64,000 nt of DNA from IMG/VR virus record IMGVR_UViG_3300032665_000006, positions 69,478-133,477 of that record. One strand, written 5' to 3'. This stretch comes from a virus. This document shows, one piece after another, positions 1 to 9,871 of the stretch; the first letter of the stretch is position 1, and every line of letters begins with the position of its first letter. The notes beneath the pieces are model-generated. The model had not been told where the DNA came from. It saw only the letters and a program-made list of their open reading frames with translations, and searched no databases. The position numbers and the translations under genes were made by a program.

Positions 1-435
1 AATCCGTATATTCGAAGAAGAAGTAGAGATATGTCGCAAAAATATCCTTGGGTATTTGAGTTAGATGAAAAATGTCATCATTGGGCGGTATATCATAAAA
101 CTATAGATCGTCCTTGTATAACTGATTGGTACGAATATTCGCCCGAAGTAATTGTATCTTATTTTAAATTACCGGTTGTACAAAAACTGTTAAATGACGA
201 AGTTCCAGGAAAGTTGTCTAATGAATCTACAAAGGTACAAGTACATCAAGAATATTGGCCTGATTTAGATTTAAGACAAAAGCTAATAGGATTCGAAGGT
301 CCACAGCCCGATAAATCTAAGCCCGATGTACAGCCATTTATGTTAGACTTTGGCAAAAAATATATTCGTGGAATTGTTACAGATAAAACTTATATTTTTT
401 CAGAAGAAGAGTTGCTTAATCGGATCGGTTCTTAG
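1..435 (+). CDS. 5'-truncated protein, possibly C-terminal half of the PP-loop-like family seen nearby
   Basis: Frame open from base 1; WYEYSPE resembles FFYWSPD/FYWGPE of the SGGxDS paralogs. Confidence 0.4.
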   Translation, partial: NPYIRRRSRDMSQKYPWVFELDEKCHHWAVYHKTIDRPCITDWYEYSPEVIVSYFKLPVVQKLLNDEVPGKLSNESTKVQVHQEYWPDLDLRQKLIGFEGPQPDKSKPDVQPFMLDFGKKYIRGIVTDKTYIFSEEELLNRIGS

Positions 436-1258
436 TGACCCATTGCCCAAAGTGAATACAGTGGTCCTCTAATCGATTCACTGTTTTCATTAACGGGAAA
501 TATTTTCCTTTTTGTAATTCGATAGTTTCGACATCTTCAAGGAATACATCTTCTAAAGTTTCAAATTCTACTCGCTTAGAAGGCAATGTTTCTGGGTCAT
601 AATAGAATTGTGTCATCCAGCTAAATCCAAACTCATTATTTGCGTCATCTGGTATAGTATAGTTAACAGATAAACAACCAGGACTATATTCAACAAATAC
701 ATACGGGTATATAAACAACCACCAGCCAGTTGAACAAGTTTGTAATATCCAGCCGTCGCCTTGCTCCATGCCTACTTCATCTAAATTAGTAACTTCGGCA
801 AGAGCTGGGTGTACTACATCTTCGCCTTTACGAATATGTAACAAATCTGCTTGAATTTCCATCATCCATAGCCAGCTGCCAGAACTTTTTCCGTTGTTGG
901 CGTGACTAAATTCTAAATTTGTTTCTTTAGCAAGGTCGTTAACCCAGTAATGATCTGGCTCAACAAAATCTTTAAACACTAATCCAGACTTTCCGATCTG
1001 AGCCTTACCGCATCCGATGTTACGGTCGTTGTTAAGCGGCTTGCCATCTTTATCCCATTCAAACCCGTGAAACTTACATACAATATTCTCTACAAATTCA
1101 CCCGGGTTCGCTAACGGATACATTCTATGTGGACATAACCGATGGAACAAGTTTACATCTGTTTGATTATTATTTAAAATATATTCTGGAGTAACAAAAT
1201 TTTGGGCAGATAGTACTGATTTATGGGCTAGTATTTTTGGAGGTTTATTGAATATCAT
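416..1258 (-). CDS. Rieske [2Fe-2S] oxygenase alpha-subunit-like protein
   Basis: CPHR...CKFHG Rieske motif; DxxH...H in the catalytic domain. Confidence 0.8.
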   Translation of the reverse strand: MIFNKPPKILAHKSVLSAQNFVTPEYILNNNQTDVNLFHRLCPHRMYPLANPGEFVENIVCKFHGFEWDKDGKPLNNDRNIGCGKAQIGKSGLVFKDFVEPDHYWVNDLAKETNLEFSHANNGKSSGSWLWMMEIQADLLHIRKGEDVVHPALAEVTNLDEVGMEQGDGWILQTCSTGWWLFIYPYVFVEYSPGCLSVNYTIPDDANNEFGFSWMTQFYYDPETLPSKRVEFETLEDVFLEDVETIELQKGKYFPLMKTVNRLEDHCIHFGQWVTKNRSD

Positions 1259-1302
1259 AATGTATTTATTTTAGCACCTATTGTAGCTAATGTAAATAGA
1301 GT

Positions 1303-1542
1303 ATGGACACATTTAAAATTAAATTTCAAGAACGAATCCCACGCAGTTTGGGCAAAGTTATTACTTGGCGCATTATCTTATCTATTCAATATTTCATTAT
1401 TGGGTATGCTACTACAGGTAGTTTGGCAAAAGCCGCTGGCTTAGTTGGAATCACTACCGTTGTTAATAGTGCCATCTACTACTTACACGAAAGAGCTTGG
1501 AATAAGTCTAATTGGGGTAAAGTAGAAACTATTGACGATTAA
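1303..1542 (+). CDS. DUF2061-like small membrane protein
   Basis: RSLGKVITWR...YYLHERAW pattern. Confidence 0.7.
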   Translation: MDTFKIKFQERIPRSLGKVITWRIILSIQYFIIGYATTGSLAKAAGLVGITTVVNSAIYYLHERAWNKSNWGKVETIDD

Positions 1543-2686
1543 TAGTATTCATTGGCCCAATTTTGTAATGTTGTATAAAAAATTGTAAGCCATCCGGGGT
1601 ACCATCGTCTTTGTATTTTAAAAACTTGGTTGCGTTTTTTGTAACGTAATCAAGTCCCTCTTGCCAAATTTTGTGTGCGGCGTGGTCTTTATATCCTGAA
1701 GTAAACCAAGTATCAAATTCACTATGCCAGTCACTAGTTGATTTATCAGTTTGAAACCATGATTGGTCCCAATTAGAATATATTACTGGTTTAATCATTG
1801 GTTCTTGTATTAGTCGCCAAGTGTCAGAACTTAAATTTTTACGATGCCAAATTTCTTGATACTGTGGATTAGCTTCTAAGAACCGTTTAATTACATGGCA
1901 TTGTTTACATAAAATATCTACGGCATCTGGGCTCCAGTAGAAAAACTCCAACGCTGAATTTGTGTAATCTTTAAAACTATCGTCAATCGGTACTATATTA
2001 ACGCCTTTATCAGTAAAGTACATATGAAGATTATTGTTTTCGATAACAGTTCTGGGTTTGTCGATACCAACCACCATAGCTACTTTGTGTGCTTTATCAA
2101 ATTGTTTTCTAACATCTTTAAAGTATGAATAATTATATCTTGTTACATTAAGAGGATTTAATCCTTCTTTACGGTCTAACACCCAGCTAGCATCTCCATA
2201 CGAAGTAAAAGCATCGAATAAATTTTCGGTTAAATCTAATATAGTTATTTTAGTTCTTGGAATAAGATGTGCTACTTCTTTTAAACGAGGTATAGTTTGT
2301 AATTGATGTTCGGCTCCGGTATTCCAACTAGCTTTTTGTTTAGGATCTAATACAACAAATTTATCCCATGCTGTTGACATATGGTTAACAACAATTTCAT
2401 CGATATGTAATCCTTGGCGAATAAAACTCATTAAAATGTTGTGACTATCTGATCCACCGCTATAACTTAGTATCAGGTAATCGTACTTTTCTCTTAGATT
2501 CCTGGTGCGTTCGTCATATAACTGGTCTAAAGTTTTTTCGGGTTCCTTAGTCCAGTCGTATGCGGCAAAAAATTCTCGATTAAAATTCCATTTAACTTCT
2601 TTGTTAACTGATGCCGCAAATAAGCAAGCACGAATTTTAGATTCAAACTTGATACCATCTACTTCATAAAAGCTGTTAATAATCAT
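1529..2686 (-). CDS. PP-loop (adenine nucleotide alpha hydrolase-like) protein
   Basis: LSYSGGSDS motif; paralog of 7178-8353 and 8350-9561. Confidence 0.7.
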   Translation of the reverse strand: MIINSFYEVDGIKFESKIRACLFAASVNKEVKWNFNREFFAAYDWTKEPEKTLDQLYDERTRNLREKYDYLILSYSGGSDSHNILMSFIRQGLHIDEIVVNHMSTAWDKFVVLDPKQKASWNTGAEHQLQTIPRLKEVAHLIPRTKITILDLTENLFDAFTSYGDASWVLDRKEGLNPLNVTRYNYSYFKDVRKQFDKAHKVAMVVGIDKPRTVIENNNLHMYFTDKGVNIVPIDDSFKDYTNSALEFFYWSPDAVDILCKQCHVIKRFLEANPQYQEIWHRKNLSSDTWRLIQEPMIKPVIYSNWDQSWFQTDKSTSDWHSEFDTWFTSGYKDHAAHKIWQEGLDYVTKNATKFLKYKDDGTPDGLQFFIQHYKIGPMNTINRQ

Positions 2687-3573
2687 AATTCTAATGTAGC
2701 AGTAAGTTCTTGTAGTATATCGGCTACAGATTTGATAGTAGTAATGTTATCAATAGACGTTCCAACAAATACATGACCATAGTTAGGATTTTTTATGCCT
2801 ATCTTTAATCCAGCAGTATGATTAAAATCTTCGTTATCTAATTTTCTAAAGACTAGCGAATTTTGTCGTGCGCCTTGGTCGAATCTGGTGATATCAGCAG
2901 ACGAAGATTCGATAAATTTAAGTTTAGTTTCGTTTGAAATTCGACTCTCTTCTGAAGCTGCTAATACTGTGCCGAGACCAACAGCTAGCGCACCGTTATC
3001 TATAAAATACTTAACTTGCTCGGCGGTACCGATGCCACCAGAAACAATGATATAAGCATTTGGACATTTATCTTTTATAATGCCAAATAGTTCAGTGAGG
3101 TCGTTGTACCCTCGACCAGCTCCGTTCACTCCTTTAAGTATGAATCCATCTACATCTGTCCGAATATCCTTAATACCTAAACATTTTACAAACACTTTAA
3201 TATTGTTAGCTTTTAATTTTGATAAAGCATCTGAAATCAATAAAGTATCAGCACCATCGGAATCTAATATAAGTTCAATAAATTCAATTTTATACTTTAT
3301 TATAATATTCAATATCTTATCTAGAACTAATTCGTTTAAGCTAATACTAAACAACAATTTACTGTCGTTGAATTCTTGTTGATACACAATAAAATCTTCT
3401 TCCATTTTAGCTAAGTCAATTTCGATACCGTAGTTGAACACAGATAGGCTAGGAATGCCACCAGCATATCGAACAGCTTTTGCTAATTTAATATCGGATA
3501 CTTGATTCATAGCCATGGCTACTATTGGATATTTACAACCTAACACTTCTTTAAATTTGTTGTTAGAACTCAT
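2683..3573 (-). CDS. nitronate monooxygenase / FabK-like flavoprotein
   Basis: YPIVAMAM, SGGIG...GALAVGLGT motifs; start moved to the ATG after TAAATA. Confidence 0.75.
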   Translation of the reverse strand: MSSNNKFKEVLGCKYPIVAMAMNQVSDIKLAKAVRYAGGIPSLSVFNYGIEIDLAKMEEDFIVYQQEFNDSKLLFSISLNELVLDKILNIIIKYKIEFIELILDSDGADTLLISDALSKLKANNIKVFVKCLGIKDIRTDVDGFILKGVNGAGRGYNDLTELFGIIKDKCPNAYIIVSGGIGTAEQVKYFIDNGALAVGLGTVLAASEESRISNETKLKFIESSSADITRFDQGARQNSLVFRKLDNEDFNHTAGLKIGIKNPNYGHVFVGTSIDNITTIKSVADILQELTATLEL

Positions 3574-3639
3574 ATAAAAAATATTTAGCTTAAAAACTGG
3601 GCACAAAAAAATAAACAAGTAAATAGTATACAGAGGTAT

Positions 3640-4116
3640 TTGATGATACAAAATCCAACAAAAGGTAGTTTAATAGGAACCGAACAGGATAAACTTGGAG
3701 CCACAGTATTGGTTAGTTTTATTGATGCTATAGGTGGATCGCCATTAGTTCCTTTGCTTATGAAAAACTTTGCAAAATTAATCGAAGACGGTCATGGTGC
3801 TAACTATGTAGCATTTGGTAACAAGAACAAAGCTGTTTATATAGAAGTTGATAATAAGATTGTGGGACATATCGTTTATTATCATATACCGGACGATTCG
3901 CTAAACACAGCCCGGATCATACTTAGTTGGGTTGACGAAAATTATCGACAACGCGGCCTTTATAAAATTTTACACAAATACTTTGAATTAGTTTTAAAAA
4001 CTGCTGGGTCTAAGCGTATTGCTAGCTATGTGGCTATAGACAATATCGCTCGTTTATCGAGTTGCGAGTCAGTTGGTATGCAAAAACATTCTTATCGAAT
4101 GGAAAAATTTTTATAA
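3640..4116 (+). CDS. GNAT acetyltransferase
   Basis: WVDENYRQRGL acetyl-CoA-binding motif. Confidence 0.75.
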   Translation: MMIQNPTKGSLIGTEQDKLGATVLVSFIDAIGGSPLVPLLMKNFAKLIEDGHGANYVAFGNKNKAVYIEVDNKIVGHIVYYHIPDDSLNTARIILSWVDENYRQRGLYKILHKYFELVLKTAGSKRIASYVAIDNIARLSSCESVGMQKHSYRMEKFL

Positions 4117-5181
4117 TCTAAACAATTTTTCGGCATTGCGAAATGCTATATTTTCTATATCTTGTTCCGAAAGCCCGGAAACGTATAAATCGCTGGTATC
4201 TTTCCATTTGTTTAATCCGCTAGGGTCGTGGTGTGGATAATCTGTACTAAACAGTAATCGTTTTGGACCAACATATTCCATTAAAACATTAAAACTAGGT
4301 CTCATTTCTATGTCAATAGTAAAATATATATTTTCTTTGATATAACTAAAAGGATGATTTTTACATTTATATAGACTTGGATCACGAGTATAAGACTCTG
4401 CTATATTCTTCAAAATTTTGCCTATCATTAGTTGGGCGCCTTCTGTTAGTATTATTTGAAGTTTTGGATGTCGGTCGAATATATTGTCAGATAATAAATC
4501 ATAAACGCCCATCTCTAATCGACCTACAGGTTTATTATTTGCAATAAGTTTAATGCGTTCTGGTAAAGAATATGCTATATCGTGCTGCATTGAAAAATGC
4601 GTGAATATAACAATATCATTCTTTTCACACATATCGTAAAATTCCTCCATACGGTCAATAGCTGACCACGGGACATCTCCTTTTGTAGTAGGATCGTACA
4701 CAGTATAATGTAAGTATGCTACTTTAAAATTATTATCAATAGCCCACTGTAATTCTAACAATGCCATATCCATATCTTGAAATGGCAGTAATGCGACCCC
4801 AAAGAATCTGTCTGGATATTGATCTACGATATTTTTAACTACTATATTATAGCTATGGGCCATGGCAGCTCCAAGATTTTTTTCGGTTGAATAGTTAAAC
4901 CTCATAGCTCGCTCCTGCGGAGCAAGCAATTGCATATCAACTTTCATCTTTGCTAAATCTTTAAATCTTTCGACTATGTTAGTAAGCCCGTATAAATCGC
5001 AATGAAGTGTATCTGGTTTGCTGTCGGTTTTGTTTATAATTGGATCTTTAGCATATTGTATATCAAACAATCTACCATCTTGATCAAAAAATAGCTTAGG
5101 TAAATCTTGTTTAAGGTTGTCTGGTACAAAGTCAAATATTTCTGGGGGAATAATATGACTGTCACAATCGATTATTTTCAT
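4111..5181 (-). CDS. amidohydrolase 2 family protein
   Basis: IIDCDSH...LLFSTDYPH...NAEKLF. Confidence 0.85.
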   Translation of the reverse strand: MKIIDCDSHIIPPEIFDFVPDNLKQDLPKLFFDQDGRLFDIQYAKDPIINKTDSKPDTLHCDLYGLTNIVERFKDLAKMKVDMQLLAPQERAMRFNYSTEKNLGAAMAHSYNIVVKNIVDQYPDRFFGVALLPFQDMDMALLELQWAIDNNFKVAYLHYTVYDPTTKGDVPWSAIDRMEEFYDMCEKNDIVIFTHFSMQHDIAYSLPERIKLIANNKPVGRLEMGVYDLLSDNIFDRHPKLQIILTEGAQLMIGKILKNIAESYTRDPSLYKCKNHPFSYIKENIYFTIDIEMRPSFNVLMEYVGPKRLLFSTDYPHHDPSGLNKWKDTSDLYVSGLSEQDIENIAFRNAEKLFRL

Positions 5182-5189
5182 AATAGTAT

Positions 5190-6110
5190 TTACTTCGATA
5201 CATCCAAGATTTTGACCCATTTATTGTAAGTAGGCTCTACTTCTCTTTCTATATAATCATTTTTTGGATTCATATCGATATTATAATCTTGTTCTTTATA
5301 AAAGTTAACTCTATTAGCTTTCATAAAACCGACAGTTATACTTCGAACAAGCAAATCTATGTCTTTAGTATCACGACTTACAGTTATTCCAAAATAATTA
5401 ACTAATGTAGGAACTGGAGCATACTTAGTAATACTAGGAACTCCGTTGATTCCGGTAGGTTGTGCTACACCTAAAATGCGTACTTGTGACCCTCGCAGAT
5501 TTAACGATCCATACGCATCTGAAACCATATCTACTTGTCCGCTCAGCAGAGCCATAAGCTCTTCGTTGCCGCCTTTGTATCTAATTGCCTGAATGTCGTG
5601 ATGACTATATTTGGCAATTTGTTTAACTAACATTTCGTGGGATTCTCCACCAACAGCAATGTTAATACTTTGTCTTGGAATTTTTTTATCAAACAAATCG
5701 CCGATTGATTTAAATTTACTGTCTGGTCTTACTGCGATAGCTAGTGGACTAGTTATTACTGGGCCAATAACCTTTAATCGATCAATAAAGTTATTTTCAG
5801 GATGTACAAGTGCTTCAAATAAAACTTGGCCACCCGATGTACCTAATATTGATTTGTTTGTTTGAGGTTTTTCAAAATAAGTTTTTAATGCGATAGAACC
5901 ATTTGCTCCAGGTCGTTCTAATACAATAAATTTTAAACGCCCAGCAGTATCAGCATCACTAACAAAAGTTCTAATGATAGTATTGGCGCCTCCAGCACCA
6001 TATCCTACTGTAACCACAACATCGTCTGACTCTGTAGTCCAAGGCATAGTATATGTGCCGGCCCATACCAAATTGCTAGTTAACAGTAATAATAAAAGTA
6101 GTTTTTTCAT
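5190..6110 (-). CDS. tripartite tricarboxylate transporter substrate-binding protein (TctC/Bug-like)
   Basis: Signal peptide; RPGANG, YKGG, LLSGQVD motifs. Confidence 0.75.
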   Translation of the reverse strand: MKKLLLLLLLTSNLVWAGTYTMPWTTESDDVVVTVGYGAGGANTIIRTFVSDADTAGRLKFIVLERPGANGSIALKTYFEKPQTNKSILGTSGGQVLFEALVHPENNFIDRLKVIGPVITSPLAIAVRPDSKFKSIGDLFDKKIPRQSINIAVGGESHEMLVKQIAKYSHHDIQAIRYKGGNEELMALLSGQVDMVSDAYGSLNLRGSQVRILGVAQPTGINGVPSITKYAPVPTLVNYFGITVSRDTKDIDLLVRSITVGFMKANRVNFYKEQDYNIDMNPKNDYIEREVEPTYNKWVKILDVSK

Positions 6111-6144
6111 AATCTAATACTTATCTTGTTATTTGCGTTGCCAT

Positions 6145-6172
6145 AAAAAAAGCACTCCGAAGAGTGCTTTGA
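6145..6172. terminator. intrinsic terminator hairpin
   Basis: aaaaaagcactc-cgaa-gagtgctttt. Confidence 0.7.
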
Positions 6173-6188
6173 TTTTATTACTATTTAA

Positions 6189-7145
6189 TTAAGCATTTTT
6201 AATGCGGTTAACCAAATCATCAGAGAAGTATGTAGTATACTTGTCATAGATTGGAGCCATCATGGCTTTGAACTTAGCAACTTCTGCTTCATCCCATTTA
6301 ACAACATTAACACCGTTAGCACGGCACTCTGCTTCAACACGAATAGCGTCTTCAACACTTTCGACACGCTCAATCTTAGCACTAGCTACACCAGCTGCTT
6401 TCATAGCGGCTTGCTGTTCTTCTGTTAATGTATTCCAAAACTCACGATTAACGATGATACTAGTACAAGCAACATTATGCTCCATATCATTGATGAATGG
6501 TAATGCTTTGTCATTGTTTAAAGGATAGTAACGTGTGTAAGTACACTCGCCAGCTTCTACTTCACCGGACAATGTGCGTTCTGTTAATTCTTCAACTGGG
6601 AAGAATGTAGTTTCAGCACCTAACGCATCAAATGTGTCTTTGATAACTGGCCCACTACTAACACGGAACTTAACGCCTTTAAAATCTTCTACACTAGCAA
6701 TAGACTTAGTAGCAGGAATAGTTCTATAACCACCAGAGTAAGTAAATGCTAATGCTTTGATCTTTTCGCCGCCTTCTGATTCTAATTTACCTAAAAGTTC
6801 TTCACCGATAGCACCGTCAAATACACGAGCTGCATGATCATGATCTTTAAACAAGAAAGGCATATCGATAACATTTAATGTACGGGAATAGCGATCAGCT
6901 AACCATGTTGTGTATAATTGACTTACTTGGATCTTACCAGCTTCCATTAAATCTAATACATCTTTTTTGCCGACTGGGACACCGTTGTTGTATTTTTCGC
7001 TGTATTCACTATCAGTTAATACTTCGATTTCGATCTGTCCTGGAACACGCTCTTCTAGCGCATCCTTGAAAAATTTAGCAGCACGGATAAACAAATATGC
7101 TGGATCGTGAGCAATAACCCACACAATTTTTTTACTTTGACTCAT
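6189..7145 (-). CDS. TRAP transporter substrate-binding protein (DctP-like), no signal peptide
   Basis: DMPFLFKD, DFKGVKFRV, ALGA motifs. Confidence 0.85.
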   Translation of the reverse strand: MSQSKKIVWVIAHDPAYLFIRAAKFFKDALEERVPGQIEIEVLTDSEYSEKYNNGVPVGKKDVLDLMEAGKIQVSQLYTTWLADRYSRTLNVIDMPFLFKDHDHAARVFDGAIGEELLGKLESEGGEKIKALAFTYSGGYRTIPATKSIASVEDFKGVKFRVSSGPVIKDTFDALGAETTFFPVEELTERTLSGEVEAGECTYTRYYPLNNDKALPFINDMEHNVACTSIIVNREFWNTLTEEQQAAMKAAGVASAKIERVESVEDAIRVEAECRANGVNVVKWDEAEVAKFKAMMAPIYDKYTTYFSDDLVNRIKNA

Positions 7146-7177
7146 TTTTATCTCCTTTAGATAATGTACAGTTTTAT

Positions 7178-8353
7178 TTATTCGATTTTTCCGATAACAT
7201 ATCGATTGCTATATAAACGAAAACCAGTGCCCTTTGGACGCAGATATTTGTGTTTAATATTCCTAAAAAAGTGGGTAAAATCACTAACAATAAGCTGATG
7301 CAATCGTGTTTCGCGATGATTTTTGTAAAACCAATAGTCATGACTAGCCATGAATACTTCTTTAGCTTTTTTAGCTTGGAAACTAGAAGTCATATCAATA
7401 TCAGGGTATATAATAGGCACTATAGCCCGTTCGTAAGTCCCATTCCTGCTAGCAATAAATTCTTTCTTTTCAGGCGACCATAAAGTTTCGTAATTTTCAA
7501 CATATCTGTGTTTACTCCAGTCAAATATGTAATCTTTTATATACTGGTATTGTGGTAACTTAATCATTTTAATTATTTCGTGCGACTGTTTTATTACTAT
7601 CTCGGGCAATCTTGGAGTTGAATAAAACAACACAATATCAACATTATCGTAAAATTGATCAAATGGTTGTCGGGGAACATTGATACTAGCATCGTTAAAT
7701 TCGGTATAAATTGTATCATTTTCAAAAGATAACTTTGGCTTTTCTATTCCGTAAACAACGGCTATTCGTTTGCCTTGATCAGCTAATGCTTTAAGATGTG
7801 TTAGTTGATCTAGCCGATATCTGGCAACAGTAGTAGGATGAATATGATCCGAAGATTGATAAAGCCATTCGTCGGTTTTATAGTCCAACATAGTTTTAAA
7901 AAAGTCATTAATAGAAATTTTTATATCAGGATGCGACATAGATACTTCGTGTAAATATGGCATAGTAGTTAACAGCCATTCACTTGCGTTATTGCTAGCC
8001 GCAGTATCAGTTGATGCTTTAAAATCTCGTAAGCCAGTTAACGGTACTCCGGCAACTACTTCGTCTACACGAATATTATTGTTTAAAAAACTGTGAAGTA
8101 CGTTAGTGCTATCAGCACCTCCGCTAAACATAACTACAACATAATCATATTCATCTCTGATTTGACGTGCTCTAATTTTGTAAAGCTCGGTTAATGATAA
8201 AGTTGGCTCAATAGTCCAATTAGTTTGGTTGAACTTGTCTATATGAAAGTCCCAAGTAATATCAGCTTCAGTTTTGCCTGCTTCTAAAATAGCTTCAATT
8301 TTATCTAGATATACTTTATTGTCAACAATATACTTGCCTAAATATTCCTTCAT
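7178..8353 (-). CDS. PP-loop-like protein
   Basis: MFSGGADS motif. Confidence 0.7.
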   Translation of the reverse strand: MKEYLGKYIVDNKVYLDKIEAILEAGKTEADITWDFHIDKFNQTNWTIEPTLSLTELYKIRARQIRDEYDYVVVMFSGGADSTNVLHSFLNNNIRVDEVVAGVPLTGLRDFKASTDTAASNNASEWLLTTMPYLHEVSMSHPDIKISINDFFKTMLDYKTDEWLYQSSDHIHPTTVARYRLDQLTHLKALADQGKRIAVVYGIEKPKLSFENDTIYTEFNDASINVPRQPFDQFYDNVDIVLFYSTPRLPEIVIKQSHEIIKMIKLPQYQYIKDYIFDWSKHRYVENYETLWSPEKKEFIASRNGTYERAIVPIIYPDIDMTSSFQAKKAKEVFMASHDYWFYKNHRETRLHQLIVSDFTHFFRNIKHKYLRPKGTGFRLYSNRYVIGKIE

Positions 8354-9561
8354 TGTATATTTTCCAAAAATTGTTTGTAGTGGCCAATCTTATAGCGTTG
8401 TGTGTATAATTTAAAACCAGTTTGTTGTGGTGACAAGTACATAGGGTTTATATTTTTATAAAATAATTTAAAATCACTTTCTAATAGTTGTGAAGTCCGT
8501 GTGTCTTTGTGTAATTGGTCAAACCAACTACTTTGAGGCGGCAAAAAAGCTACTGTAGATTTTTGACACTGAAACACCGGAGTAACTGTTGACGGATATA
8601 TAGCAGGAACAATACCGCGTTGATAATCTCCTTTTATATTAACAACAGCACTATCGTTTGGATCCTTACTTTTCCAAAAGCCAGGATTGCCCATATTTCG
8701 TACAGCGTCTACTAACCAACGATTTTCTTTTTTGTGAATATACTTAGCAGTTACATGACTCTGCTTAACTAAAACTTCGGGCATTTCTGGACCCCAGTAA
8801 AACAAGATACGATTAACATTAGGATAAAGAATGTCAAAAGGTAACACAACATTATTAACTCCTAAATCAGTAATCATAGTATAAACATTACCGTGTTCAT
8901 CATATCGCAACAACGGTTTATCGCAACCCCACACTATGCCTATGCGTTTGCCTGCTTCGGCCATGTCTTTAAGATACTTAAATTTGTTCAAGTCACCCTT
9001 GCCAGTTACTGAGGGTGTAATCCAGTCGGGGCATTTATAAAGCCAATCATCAGTTTTACTATTAATAATATCTTCGAAAAAATCATTAATAGTAACTTTG
9101 ACTTTTGGAAAGTTTACAGAAATTTCATGTAGCAATGGAAACAATGCGTATTTTGTTTCGCTCATTGTATTGCTAGCAGAAGTATCTTTATCGTTCCAAT
9201 CCCAGTTACTTAATCCGGACATAGGAGCTGATCCAATTACTTCGTCTACATGGATACCATTATTTAAAAAACTTTTAATTACATTGGTACTATCAGCGCC
9301 GCCGCTACACATAACGATTACATAATCGTATGAATCTCTAATTTGTTGGGCTCTTAGGCGATAAAGTTCGTCTAAGGATAACGCTGGCTCGGTAAGCCAG
9401 TCTATTTGATTGAATACATCTCTATGAAAATTCCATCTAATTTCAGTAAGCGTTTTTTGTGCTTCTAAAACAGCTTCAATTTTGCTTATAAAAACTTTAT
9501 TATTAACGCTGTAATGCCCAGCTTCCCAATAAGAAGCTGGAAAATTTTCGTAAAGATTCAT
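8350..9561 (-). CDS. PP-loop-like protein
   Basis: MCSGGADS motif; tandem paralog. Confidence 0.7.
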   Translation of the reverse strand: MNLYENFPASYWEAGHYSVNNKVFISKIEAVLEAQKTLTEIRWNFHRDVFNQIDWLTEPALSLDELYRLRAQQIRDSYDYVIVMCSGGADSTNVIKSFLNNGIHVDEVIGSAPMSGLSNWDWNDKDTSASNTMSETKYALFPLLHEISVNFPKVKVTINDFFEDIINSKTDDWLYKCPDWITPSVTGKGDLNKFKYLKDMAEAGKRIGIVWGCDKPLLRYDEHGNVYTMITDLGVNNVVLPFDILYPNVNRILFYWGPEMPEVLVKQSHVTAKYIHKKENRWLVDAVRNMGNPGFWKSKDPNDSAVVNIKGDYQRGIVPAIYPSTVTPVFQCQKSTVAFLPPQSSWFDQLHKDTRTSQLLESDFKLFYKNINPMYLSPQQTGFKLYTQRYKIGHYKQFLENIQ

Positions 9562-9565
9562 CTAA

Positions 9566-9871
9566 TTAGGAAACGGTCTCGTTGCTAAGAGTTGTTAAAC
9601 CAATCGAAGCATTATACGCAGATCTTTCGGTAGCAAGTGGTCTTGTTAATCTAGCAGAATGCCAAGCTGCGTAATTTTCTACAGTATCAAATACTACTGT
9701 ATAAACTTTAGTATTTTCGTCTGTGTTTTCGTAGTGTTGACTAACAAATCCTGGTTGCTGTGAAGTCCAAACATCATGAGCAGTTGCTTTAGCTTTGTTG
9801 TCGGCGCTTACATCGCCATAAAAAGTTGTACCAGCTGGTTTTCTTGAATAAATCGTAAGGGTAATTGCCAT
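9566..9871 (-). CDS. hypothetical protein (possible dimeric alpha-beta barrel)
   Basis: ORF with SD; QQPGFVS...VFDTVENY pattern. Confidence 0.5.
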   Translation of the reverse strand: MAITLTIYSRKPAGTTFYGDVSADNKAKATAHDVWTSQQPGFVSQHYENTDENTKVYTVVFDTVENYAAWHSARLTRPLATERSAYNASIGLTTLSNETVS

